From Conidiobolus incongruus B7586 (Eukaryota), in NCBI GenBank assembly GCA_000697335.1, contig JNEM01011617.1, positions 62,001 to 106,292 on the forward strand: 44,292 nucleotides of DNA, in the 5' to 3' direction. Shown piece after piece: positions 27,473 through 41,220 of the stretch (positions are counted from its first letter, which is position 1; the number at the start of each line of letters is the position of its first letter). Under the pieces are notes generated by a model. That model searched no databases. It saw only the letters and a list, made by a program, of their open reading frames with translations, and was not told the DNA's origin. A program made the position numbers and the translations under genes.

Positions 27473-28442
27473 ATGAAACTGTTATTGAAGATTTTGAATT
27501 AAATAGAGATGACTTTCATAGTACCCTTCCTGTTGAGAATTATGGCGATTGGTTTGATTAATTTAAAATTAATTCATATAATGATTATATCATTAATTAT
27601 ATGTATTATTATTGCTGAATTTATAACTCCTTTGGCAGAATTATTATTGATTGATAAAGGAAAACTCTTTGGGGCTGTTCCTGTCAGTATTTAGTTGTTT
27701 GAGGTTTCGCAAGGGGTTTTATGTACTAAAGAATATAGCTGTCCATTTTCCTCTATATAGAGATTCTGTGAATTTGTAAAGATCAACTTGGAAACTTGAG
27801 TTATTAGTAAAAATAAACATATTTTTAGAGATCACCTCCATTATGATTGCATATTCTCTCCCAGCGCTTTTAGAGGATTTAAGGTTAAATTTGGGTATAA
27901 TCCGGATGCTGAAAAATCTTTCAATTACAGCATCTTGCATTTTTGTGTAAATTTCCTAGAATTCATCACAGTTGTGATTAGAGTCGTTATCAATTATTCT
28001 AATTGTAAATGTCTTACTAGCTGTACGAATTCTTTTGTAAACTATATAATAGATTCCAATATCAGCGAAAATTCTGAAAAAGGAGAAGTGATATTGAAGA
28101 ATAATTGTTTTAAAATGATTCTTTACAATGCTCACTTTACTAGCAGTATCTGCTTTCTCAATGCTAGTTGGATTGGGAGTGGTTAATTGATTTAAGTCAA
28201 TTATCTCATTTGGATCTGGTATGTTTGGGCTTTTCGCCTATATTACATTTGCAATGGACCCATCTGTCTGGAATGCTATTAAAATTGCAATAATTATAAT
28301 ATTTAGCAGGTCACATGATGTTATAATTATATTTACACTAATTTTGGTTGATTGGAATATGCTTAGCGGAAAAGTCCACCAATGGAACAATTTTGAGCTA
28401 AATAAACCCTTTTCCAATCACGAAGAAACAAAGAACATGTAA
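27473..28442 (+). pseudogene. psi2: heavily decayed paralog of the 7TM GPCR-like family (C-like C-terminus)
   Basis: Collinear fragments: LKILN*IE; IGLINLKLIHIMIISLIICIIIAEFITPLAELL (TM1-TM2); GFARGF; NIAVHFPLYRDSVNL*RSTWKLELL; GSGMFGLFAYITFAMDPSVWNAIKIA (TM7); intron remnant (GT 28310, CACTAAT 28336-28342); tail NNFELNKPFSNHEETKNM* resembling the gene C tail. Multiple stops and frameshifts. Confidence 0.9.
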
Positions 28443-31346
28443 TAAATTTTCTATTATTCAAAAAACAAAGGATTTTTTAGTTATCATTTAATAATTTAGA
28501 TAGTATAAATATACAATAAATTTTATCTAATTAAAGTATTATGATGAATTTAAAATTTCCCATAATTAAATCAAATAAAATACAAGTAAAAACCTTATAA
28601 ATTGAAATTACAGTAAAATATTGAATATTTTCTTAAATGTGATATATTATATTTAAAATAATTTGTTTCAAGAAAAAATTATACTTTAGGTAATGGAGCA
28701 TTAGGAATATAGAATATATACATATACATATATATATATATGATGTTATTAATTTATACCAAATATTCCAACAACATACACCAGTTAGTAGTAAGGCACT
28801 CGGGTTTGTTATTCTAATTCAATTCAAATATATCAACTTAAAAATTCATTTAATATATTTTAAATATTGAAATTTAGTAATTTTCAATCAAATTTTTAAA
28901 GCTAATATTACTAAATGCTAATTATATCTTTACCACTCTCTTATTATATACTACCAATTTATCCATAATATATCTGAATATATATCAAATTATTCGATTG
29001 TTAATATAATTTATAAGTTAATAAAGATTATTATTAATTAAGGTTTGAATTATTTTATTAAAAATATTGAGGTTATTTCACAATAATCTATGAATTTTAA
29101 AGGTAAAAAAGATATTAAATCGTATGAGTTAAAATATATATAAAATAAAAGTAAGAGTGAGTGTAAAACTAGAAATAATATGATGATTCATATAATAATG
29201 AATATAGCTAATTAAAATTTGTTATTTTCTGGATGTAATTACTTTAAGCTATTAATAAGGTTAATACCTCATATCAAATGTCATAAAGCTGCTCATTAAC
29301 TTTATTGATTTAAGTAATTTGATCCATTTATTTTTTTCTTTATTTTAAACTTTATCTCCTCACTTAATTTCTTTTATCTTGAGTTACATAATGATTCTAT
29401 CCAATTTGTATATATTGTTTATAATGTATTTATATCTTTTATTATAATTGCTATATTTTAGGTAATACCTAATAATAACAAAAAAGATTATATAAAATTT
29501 TTGGGTGTTTTTTATTAAGCTAATAACTCCAAAAAGAAACAAAATTAACATATATTACAAAAAATGCTGTCTAACTATCTCACTTTGAAATAGAGGTCTT
29601 ATAGCATCCAACTCACAAAGATTATATGTTAATTGTAAATCTCATTATTTTGGTGAGATATTAAATATATTGGGAAGGAATTTGCAAGAAAATTTTATTT
29701 AATTTTATATTTAAAAAAAGCACAGAGCTGTACTAAAGCAAATCATATTAAAACAAATTTTTGCAAGGTTTAAAATATATTCAGAGTAATATATTTATTA
29801 TTATTTGAAAAATTATTCAATAATGCAATATCTCAAATTTATTAAAGTAATTAATACCAAACTGGATATAAACAAGGAAAATTACATAATTAATAATATG
29901 ATTAAGCATAACTATCCTTTTATCAAATATATTGAATAATTTATATTCATAATTAATTTCCTGAAACTCCAAAATATATATTTCTAGAATTAAATTTAAT
30001 TATAAATTATAATAATGTTAGCTCGAATATTTCAATTATCAATCTGATACTTTTTCGTTATTAGTTTAATTTTCTTGTTATTTCTATATAAAATTAAAAC
30101 ACTTATTTAGAACTTCTAAAGAAAATGGAAAACTGATTATATTAATCAAAAAAGATAGATTCCAATAGGAATGATTTTTATATTAGATATATAAATTTCT
30201 CAACCTCAATATTATTTTATTCAAATAAATGACTATTGATACAGTTAAATTATAAATTAATATAAAAAATAATCTGGTTACAGTAATACTAATTCCAAAA
30301 AATAGTATACATTAATTATAAACTAACTATTATATATATATTTCAAAACATGCTATCTATAGTTAAATAAACAATTATATTAATGGAATAAATTTATTGT
30401 ATATTTTCCATTTTAATTCGTATAAATTAAAAATTTATTAAAAATCAATATTATTATCTTAAAATTAATTTGAAATTTTTAAATATAGAGTGAATTATGA
30501 AAAAATATGTCATAACTGTTTTTAAATTTTTAATTTTTTCAAATATCATATTATTTTGTAAATATATTATTCAATAGACTGATTAATAAAATTGTTGAAA
30601 TATTGCAATTCAAATATCAATATGTCATGTGTATTAAAACAATTAAACTTTTAAGGATATCAAAGAGATATAAATGAGCATAAAGACATCAATATGATGA
30701 TAAATAAAATTAAAAAATGATTTAATATTTGATAGAATCCTTTGGTCTTAATCAGTTGATTTCAAAATTATTAATTTTAGTTATGTAATTCACTAACTTT
30801 GAAATATTTAATGCAAGATTTTCAATTGGTTTAAAATTAGCAGAATAAATTACTTATTAAAGTTTAGTTCATTTCAATATACTACAAATAAAATTTCATA
30901 ATTAAATATAATTTTTAAATTAGATATATATTTTAACATACTCAATAATTTAAATAAATTTTATTTCAAATTTTAAAAATTTTTGATTATTGGTTTTAAA
31001 AAAAATTTTTTTTTCTTTTGATATTTTAGGAACAATAACTGATGAAAATATATATATATATATATATATTTATATTCAAGATTAAAATTTGGATAATTAG
31101 GAACATACGGATAAATAAGATTGGTGGGACTATTTACTGATACGTAAAATAATGCAAATTGATATAGTTTTTAATAATTATGTAAATTTAATATTTTTTT
31201 TTCTAAAAAAAAGAAGAATGAAAATTTTTAATAATTTTATCATATTCAATAGATAAACAATTTTGATTTTTATGATTGTAATGAGATAAATTTAATATAT
31301 AAACTATTGTTAAATAATAAAGAATACTCGAGAAATATAAACCAAT

Positions 31347-32343
31347 TTATGAATGAAATTTTATTTGAGAATCTGTATTATTACTATATTGATTTTTATA
31401 TTTGTTAAAAATAAATCTTATTAACAATCAGATTGGTTTAATATTTTGAATTATTATTCGATTTACCATTAAACCAACCAACTATTTGAACTTTAGCGGT
31501 ACCAATCGACTTCCATACAGCTGGGTCAATAAAGAATGCTATCATTGTTAATACTCCTGTGAGCCCTTTAACAAATGCCATGAATGGCAACAGGGGTCGA
31601 AATTGAACTCCAGCAGTGGCCAATATAGCATAAGTGCCTTCGAGTGGAAGAGTAATACAGGTGGACAAGGGATATAAGAATGATCTTTCGGCCATCTTCC
31701 TTCTCTCCTTTTTGAAATTAGCCTGCTCTTCTTGATTCTTGAGTTTGGAACTGGCAAAGTGATTGATCCAATGGGTTAAGCTCCTGTGACCAACGTAGGT
31801 TACATAGGCACAGGTAATAATAGTCCCCCAAAAGAGGACTCCTGAAAACACGTTGAAAATAGATGAATAGAGCGGAGTATCTGATCCAGGTGCACACCCT
31901 CCTTTCTTTTTAATTCCAGTGAATACACCCAAAAAATGGAACGTGATCATAACAGGTGCAATTGCGAAGAATATACACAACCAAACTACCAATTCAAATC
32001 TCCATGTGGATTTCTTTAATAAGACTAACCCTCGATAGAGATGGAAACTAATAGCAATATTCGTAAAACAATAAAAAATTCTAGCGAATACTCTAAATAT
32101 AATAATTCTAGTACAATATGGAGTTCCCACGTATTTTAATGTGCCCAAAGCCAAATACTCGCCCAAATGGGTCGTAAAATCCGCGACTGTTATGGCAAAA
32201 ATCAACCTTATGGTCATTCTATTAACATGGCTAAAATCTATACATCCAAGTATTATAATCACTGTCATGACTAGTAAAGAGCACGAAAATCCTATAGGAT
32301 GCATAATCTTTCCTATTAAATTAGTTGCTTTGATGGGATCCAT
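31347..32343 (-). CDS. gene D: 7TM GPCR-like receptor, close paralog of F; exon 1 32343-31467, exon 2 boundary uncertain
   Basis: Intact 7TM core with family motifs; exon 1 is 877 nt as in F; donor GTAAAT at 31466. The F-homologous tail (NTDSQIKFHS*) ends at 31347, but the size-typical acceptor at 31417 gives a different frame ending at 31361. Confidence 0.88.
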
Positions 32344-32395
32344 TGTGAATTAGATTCTAAAATGATTTAGAATATACTCTGATACTTCATTCTAG

Positions 32396-32403
32396 TTTAT
32401 ATA
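32396..32403 (-). promoter_or_regulatory. candidate TATA box of gene D
   Basis: TATATAAA on the minus strand, 60 bp upstream of ATG 32343. Confidence 0.5.
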
Positions 32404-35400
32404 CTTTATAGTAGATTCATATGCATAATAGCCACAATTTGATTTTTAGAATTTTATTCGAATAAATTACTTATCTAGTTATTGTGGAATTAATTTGGTT
32501 GATGCAATTGTTATATGATTAATTGTTCATGATAAAGAAATGTAATTCCGTCAAAAGACTAGAATTTTTATATCAGTCCATAAAGGGCAATATATCAAAT
32601 AAAAGATAATTGATAACGTATATAATCAATATAATGCTGAGTTGAGAATAAATCGTATCATAATATTTCAATTATTATACCCTTTTGTTATATTGGGTAA
32701 CAAAATTGTTTATATGAGTACAATAAAAGAATGACAAGATTTATAATGACCAGTTAAATTCGAAAAATACTAAATAAAGTAACATTTTCTATATAAATCC
32801 TTCGAAAAAATGTTTAAAAATTTGATGGATTTAACTATTGGTTGAATAACTTTATGTTAAACTAAATTTATGAGAGAATATTATTGTGAGTCTTAAATTA
32901 GAAAAATTCAACCAAAGTAGTTGAGTAGTGATTGAAATCATTAATGGATCAGTTGTTATATGTAATCATATTGTAAAAATTAATTGGACATAGTGAATCT
33001 AGATTAAAAATTTTAGGAATATCAAGTAAAATAATATATCATTATATGTTGTATTTCTAGAATATAGTCAATGAGGATTTTTTGAGGATGATTGGTATTA
33101 TATTTAATATAATATAATATAATATATTACTCTCAACGAAAATAATATGTTTTAACCAATATTAACAATGCCTTTTTAATTTTTTAGTATCTAAATAGGA
33201 ATACAATAATAGTGATGATTCTAAGAATTAGATTTATTTAACGTTCATTGATTTATGTAATGTATAAAATACTAAATATTTAGTATTTTAAAAGTTAACT
33301 ACTTTAATATTTATCCCTTTATTTAACAATTATGATTGCATTTTTTGAATCAAATAATATTGCACAAACAAATATAATAATAAAATCTAGAGTTTAATGT
33401 CAAAAATATTATGCAATAGCTATAATACAATTTAGGAATTAATTATTAGCAATTAATAAATAGTAGCTAAACATATATATTACCATAAGTTTTTAATGAT
33501 AGAATTTGTAAAGTTTACCATTCACTTACTAAAAAAATTATAGCTTGAAGCAAATTATAGTAAAATAATTACAATGAATAAATATTGAGAATTGGGAGTA
33601 TATTAAAAAATAAACCAATATGTTATTTAATTTCAATACTGGTTATTTCGTGTAAAAATTTTAATGATTCTATTGATTGAGAAGTATTTGACCGATTTTA
33701 TAATACATTTTAACCATTTCACATTCTTTACATAAATATTTATCAGAAAAAATTAGCATTGAGAGCATTTTAATCAAGTTTAATAATATCCATTTATTAA
33801 TGTGGTGGATCAGTGAAGGTTTTAGTTTGGATAGATTGTTAAGGATATAAATGAGAATTTTTGGGGATTGAATGAGACCAACTTAAATATTAAGTAAATT
33901 CTATAATTGATTTATAAATCTATATCAAATTATACAATAATTATGATAAAAATCATTAACTCAGATATTTATTTTTAATCAAAAATGAAATATTAATAAC
34001 TATTTCAACTATGCATATAATCCTTGATTTATTGCTATATCATTTTCATTGAAGCTGGTTTATAAAATTTTTATTCTCATTCAGATGACTTTTTGCATAA
34101 GGTTTAAACAACTTTGGAATGATGTTTCGACTATTAAAATCACTTCGTTTCAAATTTGTACTTTTTTTCAAAAAATCATGTTACACTCCTTACAATATCC
34201 ACTCAAAGTGCCTCTATGATATTACCTGATATATGCTAAAATACAACTAATACAATTATCAATTTTGTAGTAAAATATTCCCACCATAAAATCCAATTTT
34301 GAATTTGGATAAACTTAGAGGTACTTGATATAACCTCATTGAGACTTAACATTATCTAGCTAACTCTTATTCGAACCAGATCTGTAGGTTATTTCTATTT
34401 TCAAGAGAATAATGAATAAAAGCGAATATAATTGTTTGTTGTGAATAAGATAATACTTTAAATTATAATATTGAATTATTTAATTACAAATGAATGAATA
34501 TGAAAATAACTTAGTATATGTGACTTGAATATATTGTAATAGTTAAATTTCGCTGTATAGCTATTTTGAATTTTTCACTAAGTTTTTATAATTGACAATT
34601 GTTTAAAATTTAGCTTTGATTTAATTTTTTGAACAGAATAATGAGATATTAAAATATATGTTATTTTTTTCTGTTGAATGGAATTTAAAATTAGTACAAT
34701 TAAATATATTCAATACCCATATACATATATATATATATGGAATTTTGTATTAGAGATTAAATAAATGATTATATAATATTAAATATATTGATTATGTCAA
34801 CTATTTCAAGATTAATATAAAACACAAGTCACTAAATTCAAACTGTATTTCTATAGTAAAAATTTTAATAAAGTCCAGATTTTGATAAATGATTCAAAAT
34901 GAATTACTCCTATATTTTAACATAATCTCTCAATATTTAATAATTAATTAAATATCTTTGAAATAAGTTAAAAATTTATAAATAATATGTAAAATATGAA
35001 ATTAATTAAATTTTTAATATTGACCTTATTCAAAATATTAATTATAAATTTATCTCATATTAACTCATTTTCATTGATATTTTTATGTTAAATATTATAA
35101 AACTTGTAATAATGTTATGAAAATATTATTTTAATCCTTAAATGAAATAATTGATTAATATTATCTAATATAGTTAATTTATCTAAAATATTAGAAATAT
35201 TGAAATATTAATAAAAAGTTTTATCCAATTATATAATGTTACATTGACTAGATTAGCGAATTGAAATCGATTGTTTTATAAATATGATATTGGGCAGTAG
35301 ATAGCAGTTGGATTTGTGTGGTTCAAAATATCATCATTAGTCACTTAAAATAATAAGCAAACGAACAATTAAGGATTTAAAGAGATAGTCAATATTAAGG

Positions 35401-35805
35401 ACTAGTGTTAAATTTTAAAATACTAAAAATACAATTAAATATTATATAGATTTATTTAATAGTCGATATATAGGGATTAATATAATTTTACATTTCTAAT
35501 AATAAATTTATATTAATATTTAATGAAAATAATTTATAATATAATTATTAAATAACAATAGTTTTATATAGTTTAGTTGAGTTATAAAATATTATAACTA
35601 AAAAATGACCTCTTATTATTATAATAATATCTAATAAATCTTTGAACCATACCTAACAAATATATCAATAAATATTGAATATTAATCAAATTCCAACTAG
35701 TCTCTTATTATCATCAATTTAATTTCATTTCACTTGTATATTATATATGTACAATTAGGTACAAATTTATTATTTTTATCATAATACTTAATATTATATT
35801 TAATA

Positions 35806-36833
35806 TTACATATTTTGAATTTCTTTAAAATATAATTCGTAATTATCCCCAGCTCTTTGTTGGTTGAGTTCGATATCGTTGTTATTACTCTCAGAGTTTG
35901 ATGATCCTAAATCTATTCATTAATATATGAGACTTAACATGATAGTGGGGTAAATTTACCTTTCTTACGACTGAAAATTTGTTTCTTACAGATTTTGATA
36001 GAAGTCCAAATCGCTGGATCAATAAGGAAAGCAGTTAAGGTTAAGACTCCGGTGAGACCTTTGGTGAAGGCCATAGCTGGGAGAAGATCGGTGATAGGAC
36101 GGCGAGCAATAGCAGAAACGGCAAAAATGGCTTCAAGTGACAAGGTGATCAAGGTAGAGAAGGGGTAGAGGAAAGATCTTTCGGCCATCTTTTTACGATC
36201 CTTCTTGAACATTGTTTGATCTTCCTCAGGGATTTGGTAGTTGGCATATGTGTTGATCCACTTACTCAAGTTTCGATGACCGATGGCACATAGGGTAACA
36301 CATGTGATGATGGTGGCCCAGAACATTATTGCTGAAAAGATGTTGAAAACAGCGGAGTAAGTGGGATTGTCAGAGCCTGGACCACATCCCTTCTTGCCTT
36401 TAGTTCCACTGAACACGCCTAAGAACTCGAAAAGGATCATTACAGGAGCGACTGCGAAGAAAATGCCGAGCCAGGTGAATACTTCGTGACGAAATGAAGG
36501 TTGCTTCAAGCGAACATAGATACGGTATAAGTGGATACTAATAGCAATATTGGTGAAACAGTAGAAAATTCTAGCGAACACTCGGAATACAATGAGGCGG
36601 TGACAGTAGGGGGAACCTACGTATTGCTCAGTTCCCTGGGCCAAATACTCTCCCAAATGGGTGGTGAAGTCAGCAATGGCAATGGCAGCAATCAAACGGA
36701 CGGTCATACGGTTGACGTGCTTGAAATCCACCAGACCAAGGATGATAATTATCAACATGACAATCAAAGAGCAAGTAAAGCCTATGGGATGCATAATCAA
36801 CCCGATTTTATCGGTTATTGACATTTCAGTCAT
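35806..36833 (-). CDS. gene E: 7TM GPCR-like receptor, 324 aa; exons 36833-35960 and 35906-35806
   Basis: Family motifs intact. 53-nt intron GTAAAT..TTTAG (35959-35907; an in-frame alternative AG lies 6 nt upstream). Exon 2 GSSNSESNNNDIELNQQRAGDNYELYFKEIQNM* is homologous to the gene C tail. Confidence 0.93.
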
Positions 36834-36901
36834 ATTTCAGATCTATTTTTATTTGTTTTATTACTCTAAATTTTAGCCCTTGACCAATGCCACAATATTC
36901 A

Positions 36902-36909
36902 TTTATATA
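36902..36909 (-). promoter_or_regulatory. candidate TATA box of gene E
   Basis: TATATAAA on the minus strand, 76 bp upstream of ATG 36833. Confidence 0.5.
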
Positions 36910-37121
36910 TGAAAAATCAAGTTTCTAATAATTTCTCATTAAATTCAACTATTTCAAAATCCACATTATAAATCAATCTCTACATTTGATTCATTTAATT
37001 TACATTTTCAAATTTATCCAATTAAATATTTTAATGCCTATTATTTGTGAATTTGAAAATTTCAATAACAAGTATGAAATGATAAGTTTGGTAATCTTAG
37101 AAAACTTGATGAGTATATGGG

Positions 37122-37149
<28 letters not shown>
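37122..37149. repeat. (TA)14 microsatellite
   Basis: Read directly; about 290 bp upstream of gene E. Confidence 0.85.
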
Positions 37150-37153
<4 letters not shown>

Positions 37154-38292
37154 TTCTAATTTATAGTTTTAAATTATTATTCATATATAATCAAATTTAA
37201 ATAATAATATAAAAGACTCAATAATTTAGAAAGATATTCAAACTTAATTTTAAAAAAAATGTTTTTTAAGCAAAAATTAAAATAAAAGTATCATTATTTC
37301 ATAATAATAGAAAATTAACATTGATTATATTTTAAATTAACTAATAATATTTTATATATAAATAATATAAAATTTATTGGAATATTATAAATTATATCAC
37401 TAAAATAATATTATTTAAAAAATATATTATATATTAAAAAAATTAATTGTAAAAAATCTTTTATAAATCTAAATAATTTAAAATTATAATATAATTTAAT
37501 AATTTCTTAATATTTTTATTATATTAAATTAATTAAATACTTAAATTAATTTATATTTTTATAATTATATATTAAATAGAAAATTTTTTAAATTTTTAAA
37601 TTATAATAAATAGAATTGATTTAATATGAGTCAATATACTGGAAATTATTGAAAACCTAACATATATATATATATATATCCACAATGACTTTTATTAAGG
37701 TTATTTTTAAATTTATTATCAAATTATTTTATTAAATCACAACTTTTAGTAATTCGAATTTAGTATATAATTGAAATATTTCATATAATTCAAAACCTTT
37801 GAATTATATATATGTTAATTCAATGAGCTCATATTATGGTGTTTTTAAAATAATCTTTGCAATTAGTAAATAGGAGTTGTGATCTAGATTTGGCAAAGAG
37901 AGTGTATTTTTCAAACCTTATTTACAAGTCTAATAAAACTGAGTGTGTATTTTTTCTATAAACTTTATAATGTTGTTACGATTGTATCAAGCAATGTAAT
38001 AATAAAATGACTAATATTAATTTTCTTGTACATAATAAATATTATAGTCATTGAAATCTTTTGAAATAAATAAGAAATATTAATATTATCTTTATTATAT
38101 TTGTGACCATATCATATATATTAATATTATTTTATACTTTATTGAATTTTAAACCTATAATTTTAAATATATCTTAAGAAAAAGTAATTATCTATATGAC
38201 TTATCAAAAACGTTTTAATTATTTTGAGCATATAGAAAGTATAGAGGTATGTAATATTAATTTATCAATTTTTATTTTTCACGTATTATTTA

Positions 38293-38296
<4 letters not shown>

Positions 38297-38322
<26 letters not shown>
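38297..38322. repeat. (AT)13 microsatellite
   Basis: Read directly. Confidence 0.85.
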
Positions 38323-38330
<8 letters not shown>

Positions 38331-40491
38331 TGGTCAAATATAGTCATGAGAGATTAAATCATCTAAATAAAATTTCAATTTACATAAATATTATTTAATT
38401 CAATAATTCTAACTCATTATTACACTTTTAATAACCGATAATACACCAATGTGTTAATATTATTAATAAAAATTCTAAGAAGGCTGAAATAATTGTGAAA
38501 CTATAGGCTGATGATTGAATGTTAGTATATATTAGGAATTGACGATTTGTTACACTGGTTGAATTTAACAGTCCTTTCGCATTATAATTTCATTATGATT
38601 TGTTAATAGATTAAAGTTTTTTTATATTTCTGCTTACAATAGTTTGAATTATATTTAGTTTCATAATATAATAACAGCAAGGGTAGAAAATTAAATTTTT
38701 ATAAATCATAATAAATTATTTAGAATTTTTTTTACTAATTCAATGTTTTACAATTGAATACTAATAATTTATCGAGTAATATGTGATAGTATTGTGTAAT
38801 CTTTTATCTATCAATCAATATAGCAAATAAAGTATACGCTAATTTATAAATTCACAAGCATCAATTACATTTTGTTTATCGTCTATATCAATTATCCGAA
38901 ATATGTTCTTATTGGTCAATTTGGTGTTAATGAGTAACTAGACCATTTTAAACAATTGTTTAGCTTTTGGAAATTATTAATTTATTCAACAATAACAAAT
39001 TTTTTTTCAACTATTATCTCAATTCATTTCAACTATTGAGTTATATTCACAATTGTACTACCTTAAATGCTATCAAATCAATTATATTTTTTGAAAATTT
39101 AGCATTTACTATAAATCATGATATTAGATTATGTAGATATGTTAATTTCTAATATTAAAATCTTTAACTAAAATATATTAATTGGTAATTAATTATTTTT
39201 TTCTTATTGATTTATAATTTCAGAGTTTATAATATTAAATAATCAAAAATTTCAAATATTTAAAACATTGTCATTGATAGTATGTCTTCAAGCTGATAAT
39301 TAAATACTAAATAATTTCAAATGTCATATACATACTTATATATAGAAAAAATAAGCATACGATGTTAATTTTAAGCTAATAACTTTTTTTATTAAACCCA
39401 CAAGATATCTCTTTTTATTACTAGAAATTTTCATCATCAACTACAATCAGTTTTTGTGAAAAAAATAATACTCTGTCATAGTTTTTGAATATTCTATTAT
39501 CAATTAAACCAGTTTAATAAACCATTTTATATTTGGTTTGGTTTAATCTATAATTACAATGATAATAAACAATAATATCAATATAACTATTTTTATATAA
39601 AAATTGAAAATAATATTAATTTTGCATTTTAATTAGAATTCATAGTTAAAATAATAATTTTTTCATTGCACATTTAATAAACATGTGGTCAGATATTGAC
39701 TAATTTAACCGTTCTAATATAGCGAAGTATATCTCTGTAGTCTTATTAATTGAAATTATGTTAAAAAATTGAGGTTTAATGAGTTCTGTCAAACTTTTAG
39801 GTTCCTAATCATGATTATTTGCATAAATTATATTTATGGTGACAATTATAAAAATTATTTTGTTGAATATGATTAATTGCAAAATATCATTAGTTAATGT
39901 ATATATGTATCCTTAAATTTTTTATAATAAAATTATATTTAAAATATCCATAGTAGCTTGGAATGAATTCACCAATTATCCTTACTCTATAACTATTTTA
40001 TTGAATTTTTTAATTTCTAAATTAATATAAAATTTCTTTAAAAGTAACTAAATTAAACCTGTAATTATCCAAATTAAATTACTAAAATTAAGCTGGTTAA
40101 TATGCATTATTTTGTTTTTTTTTTCATTTTATGATCGCTGATTGAATGAGTAATTATACATTATGCTAATGATATTATACCAATTAATTAACATTTTTTA
40201 TTCTATCTGTTGAAATGATATATTTTGATTATCAGATATAATGTTGTATCATTACTTTGAATCCAAAACAATTCACTAAATCTATTTAAATTTAAGCCAA
40301 TTTATCATCATTCACTTAATCGCAATTTCTTTTTTAATTCTTGAATACTATTATTCTCAAAGTTACTAGATTCATTTAACTAATTTACTCAACAATTTTT
40401 TAATATTTTAGATTTTTACAAGTAATAAATATGATAGATTTTTTTATTTAAGAATTTTACTTCATATTTAATTGAGATCTATTTTATATTT

Positions 40492-40496
<5 letters not shown>

Positions 40497-40530
<34 letters not shown>
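40497..40530. repeat. (TA)17 microsatellite
   Basis: Read directly. Confidence 0.9.
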
Positions 40531-40531
<1 letters not shown>

Positions 40532-41190
40532 TGATTACTTTTTCAGTTTTCAAATTTAAATTATTTAATTTTTATTAAATTTATACTTTGAGAAAAATGT
40601 AAAAAAATTAAAAATTAAAATTCACTGTTAATTAAGATTAGTTAGTATTTATCAAGTGTTAAATAGCTCAATAAATATTAAATTAGATTGAATAGTATTA
40701 AAATGCATGAAAATATGATTTGAAATCATTATTATTAAAGAATTCCCTATTATGTATAATACACTTCAAAAAAATAAATTGAGTAAATGGTCATATATGT
40801 AGTTAGATGTGTTAATTGTTTTCAAATATTTACATTTATATCATTTTGATATCAAAAATATTGTGTTAACCACAATTCTAGTATAATGAACTTGAAGTAT
40901 GATTTCATATATCTAATCACTATTAAATTTTACTATAAAATTGTTCAATATTATTTCACAAAATGTTACGCAAAATATGATTATATTAAAATACAATAAT
41001 CTCCAATCAATATAGTAATTTAATTCATTATTTAATTACATATAAAATTCCCAATTTGTAAATGATAATAAAATATGTCTAATATTTTAAATAAATAAAC
41101 TATTAATTTATTCTATTTCAACTTCAATAATCAATATATTTCAAAATATTAAACTTTATATAAACTTAAATTTTACTCCAGAATCGAATG

Positions 41191-41220
41191 TAATATAATA
41201 TAATATAATATAATATAATA
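41191..41220. repeat. (TAATA)6 microsatellite
   Basis: Read directly. Confidence 0.85.
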
